Assembly (NCBI RefSeq): GCF_009914755.1
Contig: NC_060933.1
From: the human T2T-CHM13v2.0 reference genome, Homo sapiens
Length of the DNA stretch: 64,000 nucleotides
Strand: one strand, 5' to 3'
Under the pieces are notes generated by a model that saw only the letters and a program-made list of their open reading frames with translations, was not told where the DNA came from and did no database searches. Position numbers and translations under genes: made by a program. This document shows, piece after piece, positions 51,181-63,530 of this stretch (position 1 is the stretch's first letter; each line of letters opens with the position of its first letter).

Positions 51181-51199
51181 CTGTTAGTAATATCTGGGG

Positions 51200-51510
51200 C
51201 ACTACCTCATCCACTTAATTAACCCCTGGAGAGCTAACCAAGGAACTGCTCTGATTACAAAATAATGGGTCCATCAGGCACAATTAATACCCAAGTGAAA
51301 CATGGCAGTTTGCATGAAAACGATTGAAGTAAACAGTTCCAGGCCCTGAAAGGGGCTCACTTCCTAATTAACCCTTAGAGGGCTAATCTGCTTGCCCAAA
51401 CAAAACTAAACCTGGTGCCTTTGCCAACTGGCATGTTGGGGAAATGATTTTTGCATCAGGTCTTGCTAGCATGGCACTGGCAAGTGGAAATGCCTAATCC
51501 CTATAGACCT
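51200..51510 (-). promoter_or_regulatory. Homeodomain (TAATTA / TAATCC-type) motif cluster
   Basis: Duplicated 24-bp module at 51216 and 51365; CTAATCCC at 51494-51501; CAATTAA at 51281. Confidence 0.4.
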
Positions 51511-52533
51511 AAACCATAGAACATCTTGAAAACACAGGGTTCTGTGAACGTGTTAAATAGTGACTTGGTAAGGCATTACTAGATTAGAGCCCTAGAAAGA
51601 GACTTACAAAAATCCATATTATAGGACGCACAACATTCCTACACATGCTGCTTGAGGACAAGACAAGCTTTCTTCTATCTGATAGCTCCACAGAGCCTGG
51701 CATAATGCCCTGCATACAGGAAGTGTATGGCCTAAATTGTGGACGTGGCTTGCTTTGGAGTGGGATTGGGAGAGATCAAACTGTTGGTTTTTCTGATCTC
51801 CAAGTTAAAAAAAAAAAACAAAAAAAACACTGTCTCAAGATCAATCAATTTTTATAACCACATTTTTGTTCTGTATTCTAATGAGGTTTGTATTTGTTTT
51901 GTTCACTGCCATATCCGTATCCCCAGTCTCTAGAACAATGTCTGGTACCAAGCAAGTTCTTTTCAAAATACTTGTTAAATAAATACATGAATGACCTACA
52001 AAGAGGCCATTGTGAATAAGAGGGTGGGGGATGGTCAGGAATCATATAAAAGCACATATTTAAGAGTTGCATAGTAAAAACGGGCAGTGATTTACATTTG
52101 ATAAATTGTAGTTGGATGTTTAGTACCTTTTTATTACTTTAAAAGTATATTTTAAAGGCAATACAAAAATATTTTTATTACATTTTAAAAATATGTATCT
52201 TCTAAAAGTGTAAGATAGATTCATGACACTGGCTACTAAATAAGTGAAACTCCTCCATGAAGCCTCAGATTTTGAGAGTCTTTCAGGAATCCGGGGTCTG
52301 CATGGGTCTGATGCAATAAGGTGTGATGGTATAAACCATAGTTTCCTCACCAGTAAAATGGGGTTAATACCATCTGTCTTTATCTACATGTGAAAGGCTC
52401 AGTAATTGTTATCAATCATAATGAGAATGAGAATGATGGTGGCATTGGTGATAACAAAGAAAATTATGGCAGCAGCTCACAAAAACCCCAGAAATATTAA
52501 ATTGTTCACAAGTACAGGGAACAACTGACTCAC

Positions 52534-52800
52534 CTGTATGTATGTCTGGACACACATACACACATGCATATAATGTTCTCTCTCTGTAGCTTGACAACCT
52601 CCCAAAAATAAAAGCTAGCCAAAGAGGTTTTCTGTGGCTCCTGTATGCCAAAAAAAAGCACATTAGAGGGGTGTGTCCTGTACACGGCTGCAGCGGTTTC
52701 ATTTGTTTAAAGCCCCTGGAAGTCTTCAGTGTGGCAAACTCAGCACCCTGTTACCTTAATTTACCTAATCTTTAAGCCAATGATAACTGCTGACTGTACC
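52534..52800 (-). promoter_or_regulatory. Candidate promoter plus first exon with CRX/OTX- and NRL/MAF-type motifs
   Basis: TGCTGAG (minus, 52739-45), CTAATCT (52765-71), TAAGCC (52773-78), ATAACTGCTGAC (52783-94), TTTAAA ~52706, donor CAG|GTGAGT ending at 52534. Confidence 0.35.
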
Positions 52801-54779
52801 ACAGAGACAGCCTAAATTTTCTCCATGATTTTGATTGTCACATCACCTGGCACAAACACTCACAATACATCTGTGATCAGCAACAGAGAAAAAGTTTGGA
52901 GAAATGTCAGTGGTTGGCTTATCTTTCGTTTGGGCAGAGGAATACTGAGATCCTGGCTTTTATTTGTCTGCTTAGCATGATTATTAAATCTATGTTCAGG
53001 GGTGGCACCAAAGAAATCACAGAATGAGACCATGATCTCATGCTTAGAGAAAAAGCTTCTCCACTGGGCTCTTTGTGGTCCTGAAGATGTATCATGATCT
53101 CAGTCCCTACGGGGCTTCCCAGGTGGAAACCTTAGCTAGGAGAATAGGAATTCTTATGAGGACTGAACCAGCTCTCTTTCCACATTAGGCTCAAGAGTCC
53201 TGGGTTTAGTCTTCCATTACTGAACTGTCATTAAATGATAAGATTTAGGGGGAGGAAAAATTTATATCACTCTTAGAAGAAATACCTGCTGTTCTTTCTC
53301 CAAGACTGACTTAACAAGATCTTTAAAATTTAGAAAGGGTCTTTAAGAAACCCTTCTGGTCTCTGAATGCCCAATTTGCTTTAAATTCCTGGGAGACAGT
53401 CTAGGCTGTCAATATAATCTAAGCAATAATGTGTTATTCATATTTCTCTGAGGTCATCAATGTCTCTGCTTGCTATTCTTACTATTCTTCAGAATAATGG
53501 TGCTTAGTGAAGCAATTTCTTCTTAACTTCTACTGTGTGCCTAGTTACAGGCTATATTCAAAAGCCTATTATAAAATTCTACACCTCCTCACCATCCTTC
53601 ATCCAGAGATTTAAATATAATTTAGGCCTCTCTACTCACCTCGTTATTTGCTTAATAAGTAATATCTGCAGATATGGAATATGAACTCTGGTCCTCTTAT
53701 TTTATGCCAGCACTCAAAGTTTCAAAATATTCAGGGTCACATACCTTTTATATTTACAAGCACAAAATATTTTCACAGTAACAGCCCTTTTAAAATATCT
53801 TTGTGAACAATTATATATCAACAATATGGGTATCCTGTGAATCTTAATTAAGAAGACACCCATTAACAATTACCAAGAGGTAATAGTTAAATTGTACATT
53901 GAAAATAGTTGCCAATAATAATATTGCATATTTACCAAAACTTAGAGATAGTATAGCATTTTATAAAATATCAGATATTACCCTTTCGGAATTGAATGCA
54001 ATAATAAGGGAAACTAGATTTCATGGAAAATAAAAACAATTATTTTTAAAAACAAAAAGTTCAGATTTTTGTGCTTTAATGGAAGAGTTCCATATCTGGA
54101 GTTAATTGAACATGTGTTGAGAACCTAGTTGTGCCTTTGGCAAGCTGTGTGACCTCGGACGATGTACTTTGCCTCTGGAAGATAGTTTCTTCCCTGTAAA
54201 ACATGGCACACAGGGTGTGGATTAAAAAATTAACACTCTCAATGAATTTTAGAATGCTAGAAATTTCTAGATGATAAGGAAATCTTGGGTAAGGAAGTTA
54301 GTTTTCAGAAGCAAAGGATGTAACACAACCCATGAGTCTTTAAGGGCATGCTGCTACCGATAATATCTCACATTTTATCAACATTTAATAATTTATGAAT
54401 TATTTAGCAACGCATCAACTTCTTCGATTATCATAACAATGCTACGATGTAGATACGTTGGGCATTCTAGTCTTCACTTTATAGGTAAGGCAACAGAAGA
54501 TCAGAGAGTTAAAGTGACTTGCCATAAGCACCCACTGAGACCTCAGTCTGTTAATACAGTTAAATTCCTTGTATCCTGAACTTAGCAGTAAAGCTTGTCT
54601 CAGAAAATATACTCAACAAAGTTGTGGCATAGTGCTTTGGGGCATCAATTAGTTCTCTGGAATGACTAAAGTCTCTGTCTTCTCTACAGTGCCTTTGTTT
54701 ACATTTTGATTGGATCCCCAAATTGCTTAGACTTTATGGAATCAAATTTTTTCTTTTCATGTAGTGTATGCATATACAC

Positions 54780-55159
54780 TGTCTTAGTCAGCTCGGCCTG
54801 CCATAACAAAATACCATAACTGGCTTAAACAACAGAAATTTATTTCTGACATTTCTAGAGGCTGCAAAGTCCAAGGCCAAAGTGCTTTAAAGGTAGGTTT
54901 CTTTTTAAGACCTCTTCTCTTGTCTTATAGGGAGCCACCATCTTGCTGTGTGCTCACAATGCCTCTTCTTTGTGTGCACATGGGGAGAGAAAATGAGCAA
55001 GCTCTCTGGAGTTTTATTTTTATAGGGGCAGTAATCTCATCATAAGGACTCCATCTAACCCTAATTACCTCTCAAAGTCCCCATCTCCAAATACCATTAC
55101 ATTGGGGGTAGAGCTTCAATATATAAATTTTGGGAGACACCAACATTTAGTCTACAACA
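54780..55159 (-). mobile_element. MLT1A-type MaLR solo LTR
   Basis: tgtcttagtcagctcggcctgccataacaaaataccata..ggcttaaacaacagaaatttatttct ... ccccatctccaaataccattacattgggggtagagcttcaatatataaattttggg..caacatttagtctacaaca. Confidence 0.9.
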
Positions 55160-55259
55160 TATTCATTCATTTATTCATTCAATAGTAATCATTACATACT
55201 TAGTAGTAATAACTTTTACTCATTTAGCAGTGAACAAAGTAGTTTTTCTTTTTCAAATA

Positions 55260-55420
55260 TACCATACTTATTCGATCTGCAAAACAATCCTGTAAGATAA
55301 GTAAAGCAGAAATTTTTATTTCCATCTTACATATCAGGAAGTGGAGTCTCAGACAGGGAAAGCCAACTTTTAAGCTTGATTTTTGAATTGGAGCTTTTGA
55401 GTTCAAATCCAATACTCCAT
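55260..55420 (-). mobile_element. MIR
   Basis: aaaacaatcctgtaagataagtaaagcag..ttccatcttacatatcaggaagtggagtctcagacaggga. Confidence 0.65.
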
Positions 55421-55459
55421 ATACAATGCAACAAGGTACTATGAAGGATACAAATCTAT

Positions 55460-55800
55460 TCATTTATTCATTCATGCAAAATTTTGACAGAGAGTATACC
55501 ATGTGCTTACTATAATCACTGCAGATACAGCAGTGAACAAAACACACAGAATCATGCTGCCCTTTCGGAGCTTATATTCTAGATATTGTATCCTCCAGAA
55601 ACATGCAATTTGGAAGAACATGTGCACAAAAAACTAGAGTACAGAGAAGCGGAAGATAAAAAGCCATCTGAGCATCAAAAGCAAGAAAATGCTATAGGAT
55701 TTCAAAGGACGTGCAGAGTGTTTTTGGTATAATAAATTCAGGAAAATATTCACTGAGAGAGAAGCCCTTGAGGTGAAGTTTGGAGGGCAGGTGAAATGAG
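55460..55800 (-). mobile_element. L2 3' fragment
   Basis: ttcatttattcattca..cactgcagatacagcagtgaacaaaaca..ctgccctttcggagcttatattctag. Confidence 0.7.
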
Positions 55801-57316
55801 GATGTAAGCAAGAAAGAAAAAGAGAGATTAAGGGTTCGATAGGCTGTCAGTTCCCTGAGGTAGAGTTTGTTTTGTTTTATTTATCTCTTTTAATAAGGGC
55901 CTAGAATAGATACTGGCATATAGTCAGTGCTCATTATTTATTGAATTAGCAATAGATCACTCCAAGCATAGACATACTATGAATGACACCCTGAAGGAGG
56001 CAAGAGAAAGGTTTGTCTATGGAGCTATTATGGGAAGAGCAGGTTGTCTAATGTTCATAACCTAAAGCCAAACAGAACTATTTTTGTGGTAGAGAAACTA
56101 TTTCAACTAATCCTTCTGTTTTCTGATAATTTAAGCAGGACTCAGCCTAGAAACTGCTTTGCATTCAACCCATGGTGCAGGTTTTGATATTCCTTCCGAA
56201 TGCCTTTCTTATACCACTCCAAAATGGAATTATAACTTCTAGAGTTTCTGGCTCTGTAATCTCACCAGATATTCTGATGAGAGAATGTATTCTGTCTACG
56301 TTGAGGAGCATACTGAAAGAGTAGCAGCATTTAGTGCCCAGCGAGCCTGATGTTGAGTTCATGGAGAAGGCCAGAGACATCCAACTTATGAGGTCTCCCC
56401 ACTTCTATAGTGTGCTGGCTGGTCCCAGTGGGAATCTCATCAGCAGAGATTAACAGTGAGGCCATAAAATAGTTTGCTTAACTGCCAAATAGCCATGTGG
56501 AAAGTGAAAGCTCTTCCAGCAATTGCTGGTGAGTGTCGCCATTGCACTGCACAAATATACAACAGAGCAGGGGCAGCTCAAGAAGCCGCTCATAGTGGGC
56601 AACAGCAGATGGGCAGTGCAGAGCAGCATGCTCAGGATGCAAAAGCTCATGTCCGTCCACTCTCTTTAATGTCACACAGCGCTCTGACCAGGTTTCGCCA
56701 GATCACCTAAACCTGGAGAGATACTCCAGATCCTCTAACTCAATAAGAGTTACCCACTTTAGGTGGTTTAAGGACCCCCATTTCTACCAGCCATGTTATA
56801 AGCACAACTGCATATACACATTCCTCACTTCCTCAACCCTAGTCTATTAGTTTACCAGAAAACAAGTCATCATGAAGACAGTTTTTTTCCTGCGGTTGGT
56901 TGGAGTTATACCTCTTGGTGGAAGCAAATCAGGCTTCTCTTTCCTCTCTAATCCTTTTGACTATCAAGTTTATCTGACTTTAAAACTTACACATAGCCAC
57001 ATGACCTATACCAAAAACCAAAAAACAAATCCCAACACACATAAACATACATGTGCAAATAATCATTTCAGTTTATTTGATTGTCCTACAGTCCTGCCTT
57101 AAATCCCAGGATGGCTTTTCCATCTACATAATGCTAGGGAGTGATACTGATATAATAGAGATAACCTTGTTTCCACTTTAATTTATGTAAAATAGTAAAT
57201 CATTTATAAACTAGTACTATAAACATTAGAAGTAACAAATTACTGTGGCAAATCTTATAACTACTGTAATTATTATGTACTTGGTGTTATAGGGCCATGG
57301 ACCAGAATTACTATTA

Positions 57317-57626
57317 TTTTGTTTTGTTCTGTTTGTTTTTTGAGATGGGGTCTTGCTCTGTCACCCAGGCTTGAGTGCAGTGGCATGATCACAGGTTCGC
57401 TGTAACTTTGAACTCCTAGGCTCAAACAATCCTCCTGCAACAGCTTCCCAAGTAGCTGGGACTACAGCATGAGTAATCATGTCTGCCTATTTTTTAAAAT
57501 TCTTATTTTTAGTAGCGACAAGGTCTATGTTGTCCAGGCTGGTATCAAACTCCTGGTCTCAAGTGATTCTCATGCCTTGGCCTCCCAAAGTGCTAGCATT
57601 ACAGGCCTAAGCCACCATGCCTGGCC
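57317..57626 (-). mobile_element. AluJ
   Basis: Antisense dimer with J-type segments (gaactcctaggctcaaacaatcctcctgc; ctcaagtgattctcatgccttggcctcccaaagtgc) and heavy CpG decay. Confidence 0.95.
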
Positions 57627-60357
57627 CCAGTACTACTGTTTATAAAGTATATTGAGGAAGATGAGATAGTTTACATGTCTGAGTACCAACAGTTATCTTA
57701 TGGAATCATCTAAGGGTGATGCTGCCTTACATGCACTTATAGTGGAAATTTGGAAGATGTATATTCCTCCCTTTTTCAGGCAAATTCAGCAGTTTACTGC
57801 TATTGGTGCCTTGGGGTTGAGGTGGGGCATATATGATCCTTGGGTTGTACATTTCAAGTGTGGTGCTCAGCTCTTAACAACTATTGCCAATCAAGTTTGC
57901 AGCCATAGTCACTACACTCATGTAACACGATATGGAGTAGGCTATGTTCTTTCTCATTTCTCTTTATAGTCCTTTAATATAGAAACTGCAACAACACAAT
58001 CTTTATAGTTTTCTACTGTTGGTACCTTTTCAATCACTCTGCTACTCTTTGTACTTATTTACTCTAGCCTAGCTGCTAGTTAATTACTTTTTATGTGTAA
58101 ATTTCTCTAGTCCTTACCATTTTGTAAAGTTTTTGTACTTTCCCAACTATTCTTTAGATGGTCTTAAATGTATACATTTATAATCATACGAGATAATTTT
58201 TATCAAATTCCTATCTGTGACAAGGGCCCCTAAAAACACTAGAAGGTGGGTATTGATAGGAAAATTAAGGCTCACAGGTATTGTGTACTTTGGCAAAAAT
58301 TAGCCAATAAATGAGTGATAAAAACTGGATATACATCCAGGTCCATTTGGTTCTAAGAGCTGTCTGTCACAGCTCTTTCTGTGCGTCATTCTCTTCATTC
58401 TAACAATAAATATAGATGTAGATATAAAATATTGATATAAAATATATTTCTGAATTTTATTTATTATTGCAGAGTGAAAACTAAAAGAGTCAAAGACACT
58501 TCACCAATGAAATGACTATAACAGTTGGAGGCATTCAGTTCCCAATGTATTTGCATCCTATTATACACTATATAAGTCTTTAGACAATGTACATATGATC
58601 GTCTGGTTAGAGCAAAGATTTTCTTGAGACAAGATATACCAATCCCATCTTCATCCTCCTTCTACATATCAGTATTTACTTGCACTTTTTTCTATTCACT
58701 TAACACAAAGCATGATCTATTCTGGATGAATAATAAAGAATACTGACTCCTATTTTCCTTTTTGTGTGCTTTCTGGGAAAGGGACTCGCACAACATGTGT
58801 ATGAACTGGCACAGTTGATGTCTTGCACACAACATGGAGAATCTGGAAAAGCTACTTCTCTATTCTGCATTCTGAGACCTGTCCTCTCTTAAGAAAATGC
58901 AGCTGCAAGCACACATTTCAACCTTCTTTAGGGGTGTTCCCAAGAGGTGACCATGCCAGGGAATATTAAGCAGAGTTTGCTCTTGTTTGTCTCAGAACAT
59001 TTTCCATCTTTGAGTTTCAGCAGAAACCAAAACCTTCAAAATCCAAACCATATAGCTTACTTGGTGAAATGACAGCTCAGTACAGAAATGGATCTTGATG
59101 AACTATTTCAGCTAGACTAGACCTGTCAGGCCAAAAGGTTTAGTGCAATTTCTCTGGAGTGAAGAATCATATATCCCTTCCCAGTAGGACTTCAAAATAT
59201 TCCATTTCCTGACTTTAGCTTTTAAACAATAGCCACTCGGTAAATGAAGCAGAAATTCTCCCTCTGATTTTTTTATTGTTATTCTTAGATAGTGAGGTAG
59301 GAACACAGAAAATATCTGTTATTTCATCTGTACCTTCTCCAGTGTAAAATACCCCAGAGTCTTGCTCAAACATTATTGCTGAGGGCCCAGGATCTGTTCT
59401 GTTTTTCAATATATCTGGGGCTGGGCCACTTAATGACCAGAAAGGGCAGGAATGGACAACGTAGCGGTACTCATGGTGCTTTTAGGCACTCTGATAGCAC
59501 GATATGCCATCTGCGGTTTTCTCTCTGGCCCACTTCTTAATTCTGTTCAGGCCTGTCTTCCCTCCAGTGTTCATGGACTGGTTTGATATCCGCTTAAGCT
59601 CCCTTGGTCTTCGGCTTGACTTCTTAGTTCACATCTGCATGCTGATTCATTACATCTTCACCAGACACCTTGGTTCTAGGCTTAGCTGACCTGGACCTCA
59701 GTTAGATACCAACTAGACGGTGTGTCCAGCAGACCCCATCTCCAATACTATTCCTGACCACCCACTAGGCTTCTGTAAGGCTTACCAGCAGCTGACGGGA
59801 TGGAGAAGGGCGCGCCAAAGTCCAACTCTCAAACTTATCATTAGTTAAGGCCTACCCCGTATTAGCTGCTGTCCTTCAAATTTAATTTCTTCACATTTTC
59901 CTTGTCTGTTAAATGAGGATGAAAATAACCAGCCTACACCAGTTTCCTTGTAGGGATACCATGAGTTCCTACATACATGAAGGAGCTTCATAAACTGTGA
60001 AGTCCCTTGTATATATTAATAGTTAAAACAAAAACAAAACAAAACTCTTTTAGGTTAGTTCTCTGCTGCCCTCTCCTGGCTCCCAGTTTCCATAACTATG
60101 ACTTCTTAGTGGGAATTAACCCTTTAAGTCTTGAAAGCTTCAGAAACTAGATCAGTAATTAAAGGAACCATTTTTAAAAGATACATTCTTGTTCGTTTAC
60201 AGAGAAACATAAGCCACATAAGTTGACTGAGGTTCTCCTAAAATCTACTTGCATTTAGAGTCCAACTCTTCTGAATTGTTTTTCTACTTAGATTTCTTTA
60301 TCTCTGAGTTTTCCCAGTCAATCTTGTTCTTTGGGACAATCAAGAACATTTTGAAGG

Positions 60358-60478
60358 GGCCAGGAGCAGTGGCTCATGCTTATAATCCCAGCCCTTTGGG
60401 GAGCTGAAGTAGGAGGATGGGTTGAGGCCAGGTGTTCAAGACAAGCCTGGACAATATAGCCACACCACTCTCTCTACA
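60358..60478 (+). mobile_element. FLAM_C-like Alu monomer
   Basis: ggccaggagcagtggctcatgcttataatcccagccctttggg..aggaggatgggttgaggccaggtgttcaagacaagcctggacaatatagc; TSD aagaacattttga / aagaacatttttga. Confidence 0.88.
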
Positions 60479-60807
60479 ATTTACTTGTTTTAAAGAACAT
60501 TTTTGATGGAGGTTTTCTTGAAAGGGTGCTCTACTATTGTCTTCAGAATATTCTTTCAAAATACCAGTATTCATTCTTAAGTTTTCAAGCTGGGTTGTCT
60601 TGAGCATATCAGAATATGTCAATGAAAGTTTTTTGGACAGGACAAGTAGGACTCACATTCTTTCCTGGAAGCATTTGTTGACTAATTGCATTGAGGGAAT
60701 TCTGTTGTCTAGCCGTGGCACCAGGAATAATATTAATAATTGTTTTCATAATTAGGCAATGACAACTGCAGCACAACTGCTGCCTGGCTGACAAGAGTTT
60801 AAAAAGG

Positions 60808-60885
60808 TGTCATCTATTGTAAGACCAACCTTGACTTCAGAGAAGATAAAATGTAAAAATTGTGCACCCTAAAATTGATGAATAT
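60808..60885. mobile_element. MER104/Kanga-like (TcMar-Tc2) fragment
   Basis: catctattgtaagaccaaccttgacttcagagaagataaaatgtaaaaattgtgcaccctaaaattgatgaat. Confidence 0.5.
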
Positions 60886-61519
60886 TTCATCTTTTTGATA
60901 ATTTAGCAGCTAATATCTCTGTAATGATAGTGTAAATCCATGCAATTTGTCATATAATGACTTCTAGAATATGATCAAATTTTAGCATGTCTAGAATTCA
61001 CTAGCATATAATGCCATTGTTCTTCATTCTGCAGACCTTTATTGGATCATGTCGTACATGCCAGGTACTTCACTAGGCACTGAAGGTATTGCTATGAAAG
61101 ACATGGCTTCTGTCTTCCAGAACATAACAGCTTGTAATATATGTTCCTCATTAGTGGAGAGGGTGTTCAAGTCATATACCAGAGGAAGTACATAGAGACT
61201 TACTGCAGAAAAATCTCATATAAGTTAGTTGATCCAAGTCATCTCAATGGACAGATGAAAAAACCCAAAGCCTATAGAGATTAGTGCCTTATCCCATGCC
61301 AAACACATGCACTAATTAATGCATTGTGTGTTGATTTTTATGTGATATTGTAGAAACCAATTTTAGTGGAAAAGCTTAACATGGGTGACTTTAAACTTTT
61401 ACTAAAAGAAGATTTATAATGCATTAGTTTTATTTTGATGGTTTTATTTTATATTTTATATCAGAATAAGTGATAGGAGTGGGGAATAAAGCATTGTATC
61501 TTTTTCTCTTTGTTCTTTT

Positions 61520-63530
61520 AAAGTACACAATTTAATTTTTACTTTTGTATTATACAATATTTTATACTTATAAAATTATATTTTTAATGTATTATATATA
61601 AAATATATGAAAAATGCTAATAGGACAACCACATTCAGAAATAGGGTGTTTTCTACATCACTGAAGTTTCTCATGAGGCCATTCCTTTCTCTTCCACTCG
61701 GAAGCTATCAGCATTCAGAACTTTTTATCATTCCCTGGAATTCCTTCATAGTTGTAATACATATGTATGTGGCTTGAAATAGTGTTTAGTTTTACATATT
61801 TTAAAATTCTGTATAAGGAGTATCAAAGCATAGGTATTATTCTTACATCTTATTTCTTTTCTACCCAACATACTGTTTATTAGATTCATGCTGATATAAG
61901 TAGCTTATTCATTCCTTTTATTGTTGTTTAGTAATCACTGAACTAAAATTTATGTATCCATACTATTGTTGATAGAAATTTGTGTTACTTCCAGTTTTTA
62001 TGATTATAATTAATGCTGTACACTTATTCTGTTGTATATGTGAAGGACTTTTCCTAGATCATATATCTAGGAAAAGAATTGCTAGTTAATTAACTGTGCC
62101 CATTAGTAACTCTACTGGTAATTTATAGACACCAGATATGTATGCATGTTCTCGTTTCTCCACAATCTCATCAAGATTTGTTAATAAAATTTTAAAAATT
62201 TCCAATGTTGTATGTATAAGACATTATCTCATTGTGGTATTAATTTGTATATCCTAGATTGAACATGAGACTGAATATCTTTTCAATATTTCTTGTTCTG
62301 CTGAGTTTTCTAGTCTATGCACTGCCAGTTTATTCTTTTGCCTGTTTTTTTCTTTCAGGTTGCTTGTCTTTTCTAATTGATTTGAAGAAATTCTTTATAT
62401 GTTACACATACTAATTCCTTTTTAATTTTATATGTTACAAATATATTCTATTATTTCATAGCTGCTTTTCTCACTTTTTGTGTTTTCTAGTAGTTTATAA
62501 TTTTAAGGTAGAAAAATTTGTCCATTTTTTCCTTTAATATTTTTGCTTTTTGTGCTGTGCATTAGTTTGAAGTAAATATGCCTTTTTCCCATATAGATTA
62601 ACAATTATTCTAGCAATATCTATTGAATGGCTCATCTTCTTCCTAATAATTGCAATATTATGCCTGTCATACATGCTATTTGTCTATTCCTGCAGCAGGA
62701 TATCCTGTCTTAATTACTATTGTTTTAAAATCAATCTTTAAAATCTGGTACCACAATTCACCCCACATTTTCTTCACAAATTATATTTTCAGAGCCTTTG
62801 CTCTTCTAAATACTATCTTAGAACTGTATTGGGATTTTAACTGAAAATATGTTTGGTTGATCTTTTTGTTTCTCATTTCTTTTTATACCTACTGGTTTGG
62901 TATTTAAATACACTAGCTCCATTCTGTTAATTGATACCATTGAAGCATGAACATGCATACTTAATAAAATCTAAAGTTAATCAGTGTCTTTAACTTCCCC
63001 CCAAACAGTAAACATATCTGAAAACATTTTAATTCTGATCTCTTCCTAGCTTACATTGCATAGCTTTTTTATATTTTACCTCAAGCTTTTTTTTTCATTT
63101 TAGTCCAACAAGTTAGATGTTATGATGTTTATTTTTAAGAATAGGTTTAAATCTCCCAACAAGTATGTCTTATTTTATTTTTGATCACATTCCTTTCTTC
63201 ATGTCAGATTTTCTCTGATGTCAATTATTTACTTCTGAAACATTCTCTAGGAAGTTAAGGTCTTTTGCTGATAAATTAAAAAAAAATTCTGGAATGGAAT
63301 TTATTTCCCTCTGGTTCTTAAAACCATAGTTTTATTGGGTTTCAAATTTTTGATTGTCAGCTATCTTTGGAGCACATTAAAGGTCCATTCCACTGGCTTC
63401 TGGATTCCACAGTTGTTGGTGAAAAGTTACCTGTCAAACTCATTTCTGATGCTTTGTAGGGGAGCCATCTTTTCCCCTCTGGCTGCTTTTAGGGGATAAA
63501 CCAAGGGGTTCATTCTTGAAATTCTAATGT
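61520..63530 (-). mobile_element. Old L1ME antisense remnants (3'UTR/ORF2, then an ORF1-like region)
   Basis: tatccatactattgttgatagaaatttgtgttacttccagtttt..atatctaggaaaagaattgct..tatctcattgtggtattaatttgtat; cattccactggcttctggattccacagttgttggtgaaaagt. Confidence 0.75.

Noticed and set aside
59440-59770. Possible ancient LTR remnant
   Set aside because: No clear termini or TSD; family not recognisable
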